Below the pieces are notes generated by a model, which did not search any database, was not told the DNA's origin, and saw only the letters and a list, made by a program, of their open reading frames with translations. Positions 7,620 through 16,167 of a stretch of 64,000 nt of DNA are shown here, one piece after another. Made by a program: the position numbers and the translations under genes. The DNA comes from a virus. Lineage: Duplodnaviria > Heunggongvirae > Uroviricota > Caudoviricetes > Ackermannviridae. Every line of letters begins with the position of its first letter. Position 1 is the first letter of the stretch. The DNA lies in IMG/VR virus record IMGVR_UViG_2974693523_000001, positions 38,803 through 102,802 of that record; one strand, given 5' to 3'.

Positions 7620-8033
7620 TTACCTTTTATCAAGTGTTATAGCGGTCTTATCCATAACATAAACAAGACCTACATAGTTTAGTGCCTCACATTCTGCACA
7701 CAATTTATTTCCAAAAACAATAACTTCTCTTGAATTTTTATTTTCATAAGTTTCAAGGAAATGTTGTAATGACTTGCATTTATTGACATATAGATCGGAA
7801 ACTTCTGAATCAATAAGATATACTTCTTTTGGGTAAGCAGGCAAACACTCGTATTCTAAGCCCTCAACAACAAAAACGGCCTCATCTTTAACTTTTTTCT
7901 TAACAAATTCTCGGTAGATTTTTGTCTGATTAAATAAATCAAAATCAGGATCCGCCATAAACAAGACGCTAACCTTCATGTTATATCCTCTCAAAAACTT
8001 TTTGAATTTTGTGACTAAGTTTATCATGGTCAC
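7620..8033 (-). CDS. hypothetical protein (137 aa)
   Basis: ORF; 5-nt spacing to downstream gene. Confidence 0.5.
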   Translation of the reverse strand: MTMINLVTKFKKFLRGYNMKVSVLFMADPDFDLFNQTKIYREFVKKKVKDEAVFVVEGLEYECLPAYPKEVYLIDSEVSDLYVNKCKSLQHFLETYENKNSREVIVFGNKLCAECEALNYVGLVYVMDKTAITLDKR

Positions 8034-8090
8034 ACCAACTATATGTGTTTAGTAAACCAATTTAGTGTATCTTACATTAGGAACAACATT

Positions 8091-8843
8091 ATGAAACAAT
8101 TACCTAAAATCCCGCGCACAAGACGTTCATTTACTTGTAAAGAAGTTAAGGGTGAGATTGTTTACCAAGCTTTTAGCATGGGTATGACTTCTGTATTACT
8201 AGAAGCAAAAGAAGAATCAAACGTTGGTGTTCTCCTTACTGCATTAGAGCACGTTGTTGAAGATGTTCTTGTTAGTGATCAGGATATTAAGAAAATCCCC
8301 ATTCACATTATTGAAAAAATATTTGTTAGGGCAAGATCCATTTCATTAGGTTCTGAAATTGACCTGAATTACACCTGTAAGAAAAAGGTTGTAATTGATG
8401 AAAATACATCACATGAATGTGGTGGTAAAATGGAACTCAAACTTGACTTAGACACTGTTGATATAGTTTATAATGAAGATTTTAAAAATGTGTTTGAATT
8501 AGAAGGTGGTTATTCACTTAAACTAGGTGAACCAACCATTGACAGATTTAAGAAACTTGAAAATGTTCTTACTGGTGAGACAAAAGATCCTAAACCAACA
8601 GATATTGTCAAATTATTTTTTGAGTGCATATACACTGATGAAGAAGTTTGGTCTGTTGATGAAATTGAAGAAGAACAGTTAGACCAATTTATCAAAGATT
8701 TGGATGCAAGCGTTATGTTGAAAGTAATTACTGATTTCTACGCTAAACTTCCATATTTTGGTACAAACATAGAACTAAAATGTCCTTCATGTGGTGCGCA
8801 ACACAAAACAACATTAAGGGGCGTCCAAAACCTTTTTCAATAA
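8091..8843 (+). CDS. hypothetical protein with C-terminal CxxC motif (250 aa from ATG at 8091)
   Basis: ORF; AGGA SD before ATG 8091; C-terminal KCPSCGAQHK. Confidence 0.5.
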   Translation: MKQLPKIPRTRRSFTCKEVKGEIVYQAFSMGMTSVLLEAKEESNVGVLLTALEHVVEDVLVSDQDIKKIPIHIIEKIFVRARSISLGSEIDLNYTCKKKVVIDENTSHECGGKMELKLDLDTVDIVYNEDFKNVFELEGGYSLKLGEPTIDRFKKLENVLTGETKDPKPTDIVKLFFECIYTDEEVWSVDEIEEEQLDQFIKDLDASVMLKVITDFYAKLPYFGTNIELKCPSCGAQHKTTLRGVQNLFQ

Positions 8844-9034
8844 CCCTCTCAGATCATAGTTTGGAAGAGTTTTTTCAAATGGTTGCCAGATCTTCTGAGT
8901 GGGGTATTGATGTAGCAACATTTTATGAATTAGTCCCGTGGCATGTTTTGTCAATTATTGACATCAACATTTTCAGAAATGAAGAAAAATTAAAAGAACT
9001 TGAAAAACGAAGAAATCTTGGTGGATTGAGTTAA
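8780..9034 (+). CDS. ORF overlapping the 3' end of the upstream gene in the +1 frame (possible frameshift extension or separate small gene)
   Basis: 64-nt overlap across a T5 homopolymer (8834-8838). A strong terminator follows at 9041. Confidence 0.25.
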   Translation: MSFMWCATQNNIKGRPKPFSITLSDHSLEEFFQMVARSSEWGIDVATFYELVPWHVLSIIDINIFRNEEKLKELEKRRNLGGLS

Positions 9035-9040
9035 AACAGA

Positions 9041-9072
9041 AGAGGAGCTTTATGAAAACTCCTCTTTTTTAT
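9041..9072 (+). terminator. intrinsic terminator (AGAGGAG...CTCCTCT + T7)
   Basis: 7-bp perfect stem followed by TTTTTTT. Confidence 0.7.
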
Positions 9073-9237
9073 TAATTAAACTAAATAATTTATTAGTTAT
9101 CTTATTAATTATCTTAATACAAAAAACCTGTGATGCTTCGTCGTCAGTTAAGTTCGTTGACACTCCTTAACTTCCTCCAAAGCATCATACAAAGTAGGTT
9201 TTCAAACGACAAGCAATTTTTTTTGGGGGTTTTAAAA

Positions 9238-10320
9238 ATGAATATCTGTTCTGATTTGAAATGGTTTTTTGGTATAGTTGAGGAACATAAAAAGCCCACT
9301 CTTGCAAAAGTAAGAATTTTTGGTGTGCATAACATTGATCCTAATTTACTCCCAACAGAAAACCTACCAGAAGCATCAATAATGAAAGGGACTAACAGTT
9401 CAAACATTAATGGTCTTGGTGAAAGTACAACAGGATTATGGGAAGGAAGTTTTATATTTGGTTTTAGTATTGATGAAGCTTACACAAACATCTACATTGT
9501 GGGTACATTATCAAACAGTGACGATCTACCAAACGCGGCACAAAACAATAAAGATGAATTGATCAACTTCATAAATTCCAGTCTAACAAGCTCTGAAGGT
9601 AAGGGTACGTCATTTAAAGAACCAGAACTTAAAACTAATTTTCAATACCCATACACGGATGTCACTGTCACAAAATCAGGTCATATAAAAATAGCTGATA
9701 ACACTAATGGTCAGGAACAACTAATAGAATCGCACCGGAACGGGTCTTACAACGCTAAACATGCGTCAGGTGATGTAGTAAACAAAACAACCAACAACCT
9801 TATAGACATCGTTCTAAACGACCACAATATGTTTGTGAAAAGACATTATAGATATAGGTCGCATGGTTCTTATAGTATGAGATTGGATGGAACAAATTAC
9901 ATGCAATCAAACAGACAAGAAATTGAATCAGCAAATATTCTTTTTAAAACAAATCTTTTTGAAGTAAACGGCAACACAAATGTCTACGGAAATCTAATTG
10001 TTTCATCATCAATAACAGTTCCATTATTGAAAGTGAAAAAAATTATTTGTGATGATATTGAAGTTTCAAACATTATGTTAGGCACTGCTGCTTTTGCTAA
10101 TCAAGCTGGTATAGCTGGAGGGTTAGGTGGTGTTTCACCTGTAAAAGGTTCAAAACCTGACGTAAACATACCTTCACCTATTGCATTAGAACAAGGTGAA
10201 AAGACAAATGAAGCATCAAACAGATCTCAAGAACCAGTTACTAGAAACTGGAAGAAAGTTTTAGATAAACTAGGTCCACTAAAATCATTAGTGGTTTATT
10301 GTTTAGGTAAGAGGGATTAA
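9238..10320 (+). CDS. hypothetical structural protein (360 aa from ATG 9238), possible baseplate spike/hub partner of the gp25-like protein
   Basis: Immediately precedes and is translationally coupled to the gp25-like gene. C-terminal region has beta-rich repeats (NVYGNLIVSSSITVPLL). No enzymatic motif. Confidence 0.35.
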   Translation: MNICSDLKWFFGIVEEHKKPTLAKVRIFGVHNIDPNLLPTENLPEASIMKGTNSSNINGLGESTTGLWEGSFIFGFSIDEAYTNIYIVGTLSNSDDLPNAAQNNKDELINFINSSLTSSEGKGTSFKEPELKTNFQYPYTDVTVTKSGHIKIADNTNGQEQLIESHRNGSYNAKHASGDVVNKTTNNLIDIVLNDHNMFVKRHYRYRSHGSYSMRLDGTNYMQSNRQEIESANILFKTNLFEVNGNTNVYGNLIVSSSITVPLLKVKKIICDDIEVSNIMLGTAAFANQAGIAGGLGGVSPVKGSKPDVNIPSPIALEQGEKTNEASNRSQEPVTRNWKKVLDKLGPLKSLVVYCLGKRD

Positions 10321-10322
10321 TA

Positions 10323-10697
10323 ATGAACGATTTTGATCTAACGTTTAAGAGACATCCCATCACTGGTGATGTGGCTCAACGCAATGGTACTAATGCCATA
10401 TTACAATCGGTTAGAAACATTGTATTAACAGCATCAGGTGACTGGAAAGCTGAACAGGGTTTAGGTGTTGGTGTTTACAAATTACTTGGTGAAAACAGTA
10501 ACGGGATTCTTACATTACTTAATCTAAAAACAAAAATAAATGAACAACTATCAGATTTTGAAAAACGTATTGAGATAAAACAAGTTGACATCAAGTATAT
10601 TAATGAAGATTATGGTATTAAGATTTACATCAGTTTTATTGTTAAAAACATGTCCCAAATTCTGGAACTAACCGAAACCATAAACGTTCTAAGGTAA
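10323..10697 (+). CDS. baseplate wedge protein, GPW/gp25 family
   Basis: HPITGDV...NAILQSVRNIVLTASGDW matches the gp25/GPW core (I.QSI..IL.T..GER). Size 124 aa versus T4 gp25 at 132 aa. Confidence 0.5.
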   Translation: MNDFDLTFKRHPITGDVAQRNGTNAILQSVRNIVLTASGDWKAEQGLGVGVYKLLGENSNGILTLLNLKTKINEQLSDFEKRIEIKQVDIKYINEDYGIKIYISFIVKNMSQILELTETINVLR

Positions 10698-10702
10698 AGA
10701 AA

Positions 10703-11089
10703 ATGGATTACACAAGAATCATACTACCCATGTTTGATTTTTTATCAAAGTTTGTTGACGAACATTCTTTAAGTAGACGTTTCATAACACGTGAAGTTGA
10801 ACGTCAATTTAAGGAAATTGTTGCTGATTTAAACAGACCTAAAATAACTGATTCCTTTGAATTTAAGTTTAGTAATAAAATTTATGTGCGCATCACATTA
10901 CCCCAAGGTTTGGAGCGCAATGAGTACGACGCTATTATTAGGGAAGTTGCACACAAACAACTTCAAAAGTTACCACCTAGTATTAGTGAAAAAATTAATT
11001 ATGGATATACCCTAGTTTCTTACCAGTTGAAATTGAGTAAGTTAGAAGGGAATAAACAGAAACCTTTTGTAGGGGTTAGATGGTTATGA
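10703..11089 (+). CDS. hypothetical protein (128 aa)
   Basis: ORF coupled to the gp25-like gene. Confidence 0.45.
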   Translation: MDYTRIILPMFDFLSKFVDEHSLSRRFITREVERQFKEIVADLNRPKITDSFEFKFSNKIYVRITLPQGLERNEYDAIIREVAHKQLQKLPPSISEKINYGYTLVSYQLKLSKLEGNKQKPFVGVRWL

Positions 11090-11508
11090 TAGCAGCATTA
11101 ATCTATTTGGGTTTGATTATTTTTATTGTTGAGATTTTCTACTACTACAACCCACCACAAAAAAGATACACTGATGGTGAAGGTGATGATCTACCAACAG
11201 AAATAAGATCGTTATTCAGTGCGATCTACAACGCGCACCCAATAACAGTGACTAAAAAATCGAAGCATATATGTGACATAACATTGAAAATTGAGATGTG
11301 TCGCTTTCAGGCTTTCATAACCCAACACAAAAGAAAGATAACCATTTTTGTCTTTACGTACTCACATGAGTACATTTATGAATCAACAAACATAGAACGT
11401 AACTTGATTCTACTAAACGCACTAAATGGTCACAGTGATGACATAATTGAGATCCCTGAGGCCTACAAAAAGTTGTCTAAGTATGACAAAGTCACATATT
11501 TTAAATAA
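11080..11508 (+). CDS. hypothetical protein (142 aa), N-terminal hydrophobic segment
   Basis: ORF; ATGGTTATGA start/stop overlap with the upstream gene. Confidence 0.45.
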   Translation: MVMIAALIYLGLIIFIVEIFYYYNPPQKRYTDGEGDDLPTEIRSLFSAIYNAHPITVTKKSKHICDITLKIEMCRFQAFITQHKRKITIFVFTYSHEYIYESTNIERNLILLNALNGHSDDIIEIPEAYKKLSKYDKVTYFK

Positions 11509-11535
11509 ATAATATGTTGTTTTTCAACAACTTAT

Positions 11536-11572
11536 AAAAAAAGATTCATTTTTTTGAATCTTTTTTTATTTT
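11536..11572. terminator. bidirectional intrinsic terminator (AAGATTCA/TGAATCTT flanked by A- and T-runs)
   Basis: 8-bp stem with a T-rich loop and T7 downstream. Confidence 0.55.
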
Positions 11573-11577
11573 TTCGC

Positions 11578-11605
11578 TTGCTAGTTTCTACCATCAATGT
11601 ATTAT
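11578..11605 (+). promoter_or_regulatory. sigma70-like early promoter (-35 TTGCTA, 16-bp spacer, -10 TATTAT)
   Basis: Hexamer match and spacing; lies about 70 nt upstream of the strongly SD-led gene at 11674. Confidence 0.4.
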
Positions 11606-11673
11606 GAATTCATCAAGTGAGGGAACAGTCCCACAAACCAAAAACCCAATGTAAACCTAAAAAGGAAAACATC

Positions 11674-12171
11674 ATGAAAACTGTAATCACTAACGGCATC
11701 ATCACTATCAACTTTGACAAAAATGCTAGTATCCTTGCAAACTTCAAAAATGCTAAAGAGCAAGGTTACCCAGGTGGTAAAACTGGTTTCTTCCACCTAG
11801 TAAAAGGTGATCAACCTGAAGCAGTAGGCTTCAAAATGGTTGAAGTAAAAACCGAAGCTAAGAAAACGCTTGAAGTTGCTCGCAAAAATCTAAACATTGC
11901 AACGTTCGCTGAAGCTGAAGCGGCGATCCATGCACTAAGCACAAGCTTCACTGTTCGTCAAGGCACCAAGTATGTTTACGGTAAAGCTCGCGGAACTGAA
12001 GGTCGTGTTCAAATTACTCCTAAAGTTGACGGCGTATACCGCGTTGAATACCACGGTACTGTTGACAAAGCAACTATGGAAAAATTCAACATGGTTAGCA
12101 AGCAACAATATGTGTACGCATTCCTTAACATGGATGAAGCTAAACAGCTAATCAAACAACTCGGTATCTAA
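11674..12171 (+). CDS. hypothetical protein (166 aa), likely abundantly expressed early protein
   Basis: AAGGAAAA SD before ATG 11674; own promoter and own terminator; codon use favours cgt/ggt/aaa. Confidence 0.55.
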   Translation: MKTVITNGIITINFDKNASILANFKNAKEQGYPGGKTGFFHLVKGDQPEAVGFKMVEVKTEAKKTLEVARKNLNIATFAEAEAAIHALSTSFTVRQGTKYVYGKARGTEGRVQITPKVDGVYRVEYHGTVDKATMEKFNMVSKQQYVYAFLNMDEAKQLIKQLGI

Positions 12172-12178
12172 TCAAACT

Positions 12179-12207
12179 AGGGTGGTAAAATTACCACCCA
12201 TTTTTTA
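12179..12207 (+). terminator. intrinsic terminator (GGGTGGTAA...TTACCACCC + T6)
   Basis: 9-bp stem followed by ATTTTTT. Confidence 0.7.
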
Positions 12208-12230
12208 ATCAAACCCATAGGGGAAAGTTT

Positions 12231-12635
12231 ATGTCTAATTTACGTCAATCAGTAGAAGTCACGCTTATTACCATCCACAATCAAGTTGGTACCATCCGAG
12301 TAGAACAGAAAATTGGTGCAATGCATATTGATATTGGTGGTAAAGTCACTAACGTTGTTTGTGGTGGTCTGAGTTGTCCTGTAATTGAACGCTTACCAGT
12401 ACCGCAAACCGCAAAGCTAGACAATGTACCTGTATTCTCTTACCTTATTCTTGTAGGTCACACCGATGGCCCAGATATTAAACAGGAATATACAGAAATG
12501 CTTATTGAGCATCATTTGAAATCTTTGTTTAATTATTACAATCACTGTCGCTCTGTTATGAAAGCCGCTGGTCGTACAATGCAAGAGTTTTCTTCTGGTT
12601 ACGGACTACATGAACTAGATCTGAAAGGTGTGTAA
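12231..12635 (+). CDS. hypothetical protein (134 aa)
   Basis: ORF with GGGGAAAG SD. Confidence 0.5.
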   Translation: MSNLRQSVEVTLITIHNQVGTIRVEQKIGAMHIDIGGKVTNVVCGGLSCPVIERLPVPQTAKLDNVPVFSYLILVGHTDGPDIKQEYTEMLIEHHLKSLFNYYNHCRSVMKAAGRTMQEFSSGYGLHELDLKGV

Positions 12636-13071
12636 GATGTGGTATGTTGAATTAAAAGAAAATGGTTCTGTTTGGTATTGTGGTGCACAACAATCAACCC
12701 AATGGTGCGTAAATCCAATATCTGGTGTAACTGAGAGTGTAGAAGGTTTTTCAAGTTATAAACACTTCTGCAGTGTTGAGAATGTTGGTAAAATTTTCTC
12801 AACCCGCTTAACACCAAAAGGTGAATTATCAACCTATGTGTTTACTGAAGATCCTTTAGACCCTTTGTTAAAGAAGCTTCTTGTAATAGCATTGGCAAAA
12901 AGTTTGGAAACAGAAGCTTTTAAAGCCGCTCAGTTGTGTAGTGATTTACAAAAGCGAATGTTTAGTGTTCTCAAAAATGAAGAATACAACTCTGTTGGAT
13001 TACACGCTCCGGTTACTCTCGATAAAAGTAATTTTTCTAAATCTGTTTGGATTGCAAGGAATTGGATATGA
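12628..13071 (+). CDS. hypothetical protein (147 aa)
   Basis: ORF, overlapping stop/start. Confidence 0.5.
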   Translation: MCKMWYVELKENGSVWYCGAQQSTQWCVNPISGVTESVEGFSSYKHFCSVENVGKIFSTRLTPKGELSTYVFTEDPLDPLLKKLLVIALAKSLETEAFKAAQLCSDLQKRMFSVLKNEEYNSVGLHAPVTLDKSNFSKSVWIARNWI

Positions 13072-13739
13072 AAACTAATCTAAAGTGTGTGTATGTTACC
13101 GAATATGGTGCTCAAGGTGTTTGTAATGCTGGTGTTTCACTAGTACGTAGCCCTGATGAATATAAACAAAGTTATCTTGCTGGTACACCTCATTTAACCA
13201 ATGTGAGCTTTGACAAACTTAATGAACCAAAATATATTCTTGTTAATGAACAATTTATTGGTGTTGTCATTACAACAGAAGAAAATATTGGTGAAATGAA
13301 AAGAGTTATGCGCGAGCATATCCATACACTCATCAAAAATTCTGTGGTCAAAGCACAAGAATATAAAGATGCGGCTGTTAAGCGTCTTGAATATTTTCAA
13401 ACAAAGATGCTTCGTTTTTGTAATAGTGCAAAAATGTTAGTCTTAACTGATGAAGGTGATCTTGAGATTATTACTGATGTTGAAGTACGCGGTGATCAAT
13501 ACATTGCAAAAAGTGATTTAGCACAATGTTCACTTCGTGGTAAAATGGGTGATTTCAAGCATATGTCCCACGCCTTTTTCTTTGTAATCTGTATGCCGGA
13601 TGCACCTAATGGTGAAGTTGAAACACTATTGAGGAATTATGCTGCGGATCAAATGATAGTTCTTGCTGGTCAATACAATAAGAGTTCTGATATTGTATTA
13701 GAGCGCGCTGCTAAACTGGTGTTAGGGAATTCAAAATGA
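13047..13739 (+). CDS. hypothetical protein (230 aa)
   Basis: ORF; its last 12 codons are duplicated downstream of the next gene. Confidence 0.5.
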   Translation: MDCKELDMKTNLKCVYVTEYGAQGVCNAGVSLVRSPDEYKQSYLAGTPHLTNVSFDKLNEPKYILVNEQFIGVVITTEENIGEMKRVMREHIHTLIKNSVVKAQEYKDAAVKRLEYFQTKMLRFCNSAKMLVLTDEGDLEIITDVEVRGDQYIAKSDLAQCSLRGKMGDFKHMSHAFFFVICMPDAPNGEVETLLRNYAADQMIVLAGQYNKSSDIVLERAAKLVLGNSK

Positions 13740-14053
13740 GTACAATCAGAAACCCGCTAGAGCTTTTAGCACAAGATCCAATCCAGCTAAGCTTGGTAAG
13801 CGTCAAATCAAAACTGATGATCATCATAACCAAGCTCATCAGAGAAAAATGTTGGACACAAGCTCAAGCGGCAAAGGAATTCGGTATATCACAGCCGAGA
13901 ATTAGCGACTTAATGAATGGAAAGATTTCAAAGTTCTCCATTGATACGTTATTAGAAATTCTAGGGTATTTAGGTTATTTATTGGACATCAAATTTAACC
14001 CAGAAGATGATAGCAATCCAATAAAAATGGACATAAAAAAGACAGCGGTGTGA
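13736..14053 (+). CDS. XRE-family HTH protein, HigA-antitoxin-like (orphan; no toxin gene adjacent)
   Basis: WTQAQAAKEFGISQPRISDLMNGKISKFSIDTLLEILGYLG fits the HigA/XRE HTH signature (LTQ..LA..LGVSQPRISDL..GK...SLD.L..LL). Confidence 0.55.
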   Translation: MSTIRNPLELLAQDPIQLSLVSVKSKLMIIITKLIREKCWTQAQAAKEFGISQPRISDLMNGKISKFSIDTLLEILGYLGYLLDIKFNPEDDSNPIKMDIKKTAV

Positions 14054-14083
14054 ACGCTGTCTTAAACCATATATATATTGTTG

Positions 14084-14122
14084 AGCGCGATGCTAAACTG
14101 GTGTTAGGGAATTCAATATGAG
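14084..14122 (+). repeat. direct repeat copy of 13700-13738 (37/39 identical) flanking the HTH gene
   Basis: gagcgcgctgctaaactggtgttagggaattcaaaatgag versus gagcgcgatgctaaactggtgttagggaattcaatatgag. Confidence 0.8.
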
Positions 14123-14516
14123 AAATATTCATTTTAAACTCTTCATTATGGATCTAAAACAGTTTGAATCCTATGGTCGTGTTGTTATCCATTGTCAAAC
14201 AATGGTGTACAATAGCGGGGAATATAGAGTTAACAACTTACCCGTGATTGGTGATATGCAATTTACTGAAGATTTTGTTAGACAGAATTTCAATTGCGTT
14301 ATCAAGGATGCTTCTGAATTAGCTTTAGTGTTTATTACCCCTTTTAATAATAGCGAACCTGATGCAATTGCTAGTGGTGTAAAAGCTGAAAAGATGTTCC
14401 GTGAATTTGTAGAAATTGACATTCTTTTCAAAAAGCGTGATCTTCTCGACCAACAAAACAAAATAGGTAACAAAATTGAAGATCTTGATTTTCTATTATC
14501 AAAGGTAAGGGAATAA
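14118..14516 (+). CDS. hypothetical protein (132 aa)
   Basis: ORF starting inside the right-hand repeat copy. Confidence 0.5.
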   Translation: MRNIHFKLFIMDLKQFESYGRVVIHCQTMVYNSGEYRVNNLPVIGDMQFTEDFVRQNFNCVIKDASELALVFITPFNNSEPDAIASGVKAEKMFREFVEIDILFKKRDLLDQQNKIGNKIEDLDFLLSKVRE

Positions 14517-14517
14517 C

Positions 14518-14943
14518 ATGATCTATCAAATAAAAGCAGTATCACAAGAACAAATTAAAACATCGGATAAGGTTGTTTTTCATACTTGTGTTCTATCAAC
14601 CAATGAAAATTCAGATGGTTTTGACGGCGAGTTAAAAGTAAAATCTCAAGAAAATTCAAAGGGTTCTGTTATATATCCTTTTTATTTTAATCGTGAAAAT
14701 CTTTTGCTGATGTTGTGTAAAGTCCACGCAAACAATGATCTTATCTACATTGTTTACCCTCTTTTTGAAGGTATTGATGGGTTTTACAAAAATGACGCTA
14801 TTTGTCAAACAGTTGAGACCATGCTTAGAATGTATCTTATAGGTGCAAGGGATATTACCCTGATGAACCTAAAAGACCAATCACAATCCATCGAAAAAAC
14901 AATCGATGGGATTAAACTTGAAATTGATAAAATAAGGTTTTGA
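14518..14943 (+). CDS. hypothetical protein (141 aa)
   Basis: ORF, operon packing. Confidence 0.5.
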   Translation: MIYQIKAVSQEQIKTSDKVVFHTCVLSTNENSDGFDGELKVKSQENSKGSVIYPFYFNRENLLLMLCKVHANNDLIYIVYPLFEGIDGFYKNDAICQTVETMLRMYLIGARDITLMNLKDQSQSIEKTIDGIKLEIDKIRF

Positions 14944-15419
14944 AAATGTCTAATTTTGTTTTGTTAAGTACAAAAAATGAACGTTATCCTAATGGTTCTT
15001 TAAAAATTTATGCTGAAGTAATGCATAACAAGGTTGAAGAACAAAGGCTAACGGCTTTCAATACCGCAGGTTTGTTAGGTGTAACTAAGGAAGATTTATC
15101 CTTTACCTATCAATCTGTAATCCTTACTACTGGTGTTCCACAAACAATTGATAGAAATTCACAAAAGGGTAAAATGTTTACTATTGTACCTCTTTTGATC
15201 AATCTATGCGATTCAATTTCTACTTCATCGGATCTTGAATTAAGCACAAAACACTATTTGTATGAGTATGCAAACGTTCATTTTCTAAGTCAAATGATTG
15301 CGGCAAACAACATCCATCTATTGGAAAATTTACAATCATTACAACATCTTGAAAATATTCGTCAAGAACTTTTAAAGAAAAATAAAGAAATTCTAACAGG
15401 TTATACAAAGAAACAATAA
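14940..15419 (+). CDS. hypothetical protein (159 aa)
   Basis: ORF followed by a terminator. Confidence 0.5.
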   Translation: MKMSNFVLLSTKNERYPNGSLKIYAEVMHNKVEEQRLTAFNTAGLLGVTKEDLSFTYQSVILTTGVPQTIDRNSQKGKMFTIVPLLINLCDSISTSSDLELSTKHYLYEYANVHFLSQMIAANNIHLLENLQSLQHLENIRQELLKKNKEILTGYTKKQ

Positions 15420-15446
15420 TTTGTCTTTTTGAATTTACCATGTTAT

Positions 15447-15480
15447 AAGGGGTGTAATTATTACGCCCTTTTTATTTTTA
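15447..15480 (+). terminator. intrinsic terminator (AAGGGGTG...CGCCCTT + T-run)
   Basis: Imperfect 7-bp stem followed by TTTTATTTTT. Confidence 0.5.
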
Positions 15481-15489
15481 AGAGGTTTT

Positions 15490-16167
15490 ATGAAAATTAC
15501 TAGTGATGCAATTGCGTTGATTGATGTAATAGGTGAAGCAAATGATAAAAAATCTAAGGCTTCAATTAGTTACATTCTTTCAAAGTTTGGTAGTACCAAA
15601 AAACATATTGAAGCCTGTATGGATTCACTTAAAAAACTTGATCTTGTGAATTATCTTGTGGGTACTGGTTCATACCACCTAACTGACAAAGGTAAAAATC
15701 TTTATCAAAATACTGTTGATGTAGAAGTCGTTCTAACTGATTATACTCGATCAAAATATTTTGATGATGAATCAAGTAAGTGGGTTAAATCAAACGTTGC
15801 ACCTACTGTAGAGCTTGTTGGAGATGTGATTGCATTAAACATGCCTTACGAGGATGATGCAAAGTTAGTAGAACAGATTGTTGGACGTGGACAGGTAATC
15901 TTTAATGAAAAACTCAACGAGTGTCAATACATTATTTCTTGTCGCTTCGGTGACACCATCTATGAGTTCACACCTTCATCAGATGTGCTGGTTATTAGAC
16001 CACGTTCTATACTTGTGGATGAAATGGCACAATTTTTAGATGAAGAGATCTCAACTAAGTTTATGCAAGAACACAAGGATTTCTTCATTAATCATAAAGA
16101 ACATATACTTCAAATAAGTAATGTTTCGTTTAACTTTAATTTTTCTGATTTAAGGAAATTGTCATGA
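15490..16167 (+). CDS. hypothetical protein (225 aa)
   Basis: ORF with GAGG SD. Confidence 0.5.
   Translation: MKITSDAIALIDVIGEANDKKSKASISYILSKFGSTKKHIEACMDSLKKLDLVNYLVGTGSYHLTDKGKNLYQNTVDVEVVLTDYTRSKYFDDESSKWVKSNVAPTVELVGDVIALNMPYEDDAKLVEQIVGRGQVIFNEKLNECQYIISCRFGDTIYEFTPSSDVLVIRPRSILVDEMAQFLDEEISTKFMQEHKDFFINHKEHILQISNVSFNFNFSDLRKLS

Noticed and set aside
12599-13400. Minus-strand ORFs 12599-12832 and 13194-13400
   Set aside because: They are antisense to densely packed plus-strand genes and have no SD. The translations are dominated by Phe/Ile/Lys codons from AT-rich antisense sequence.
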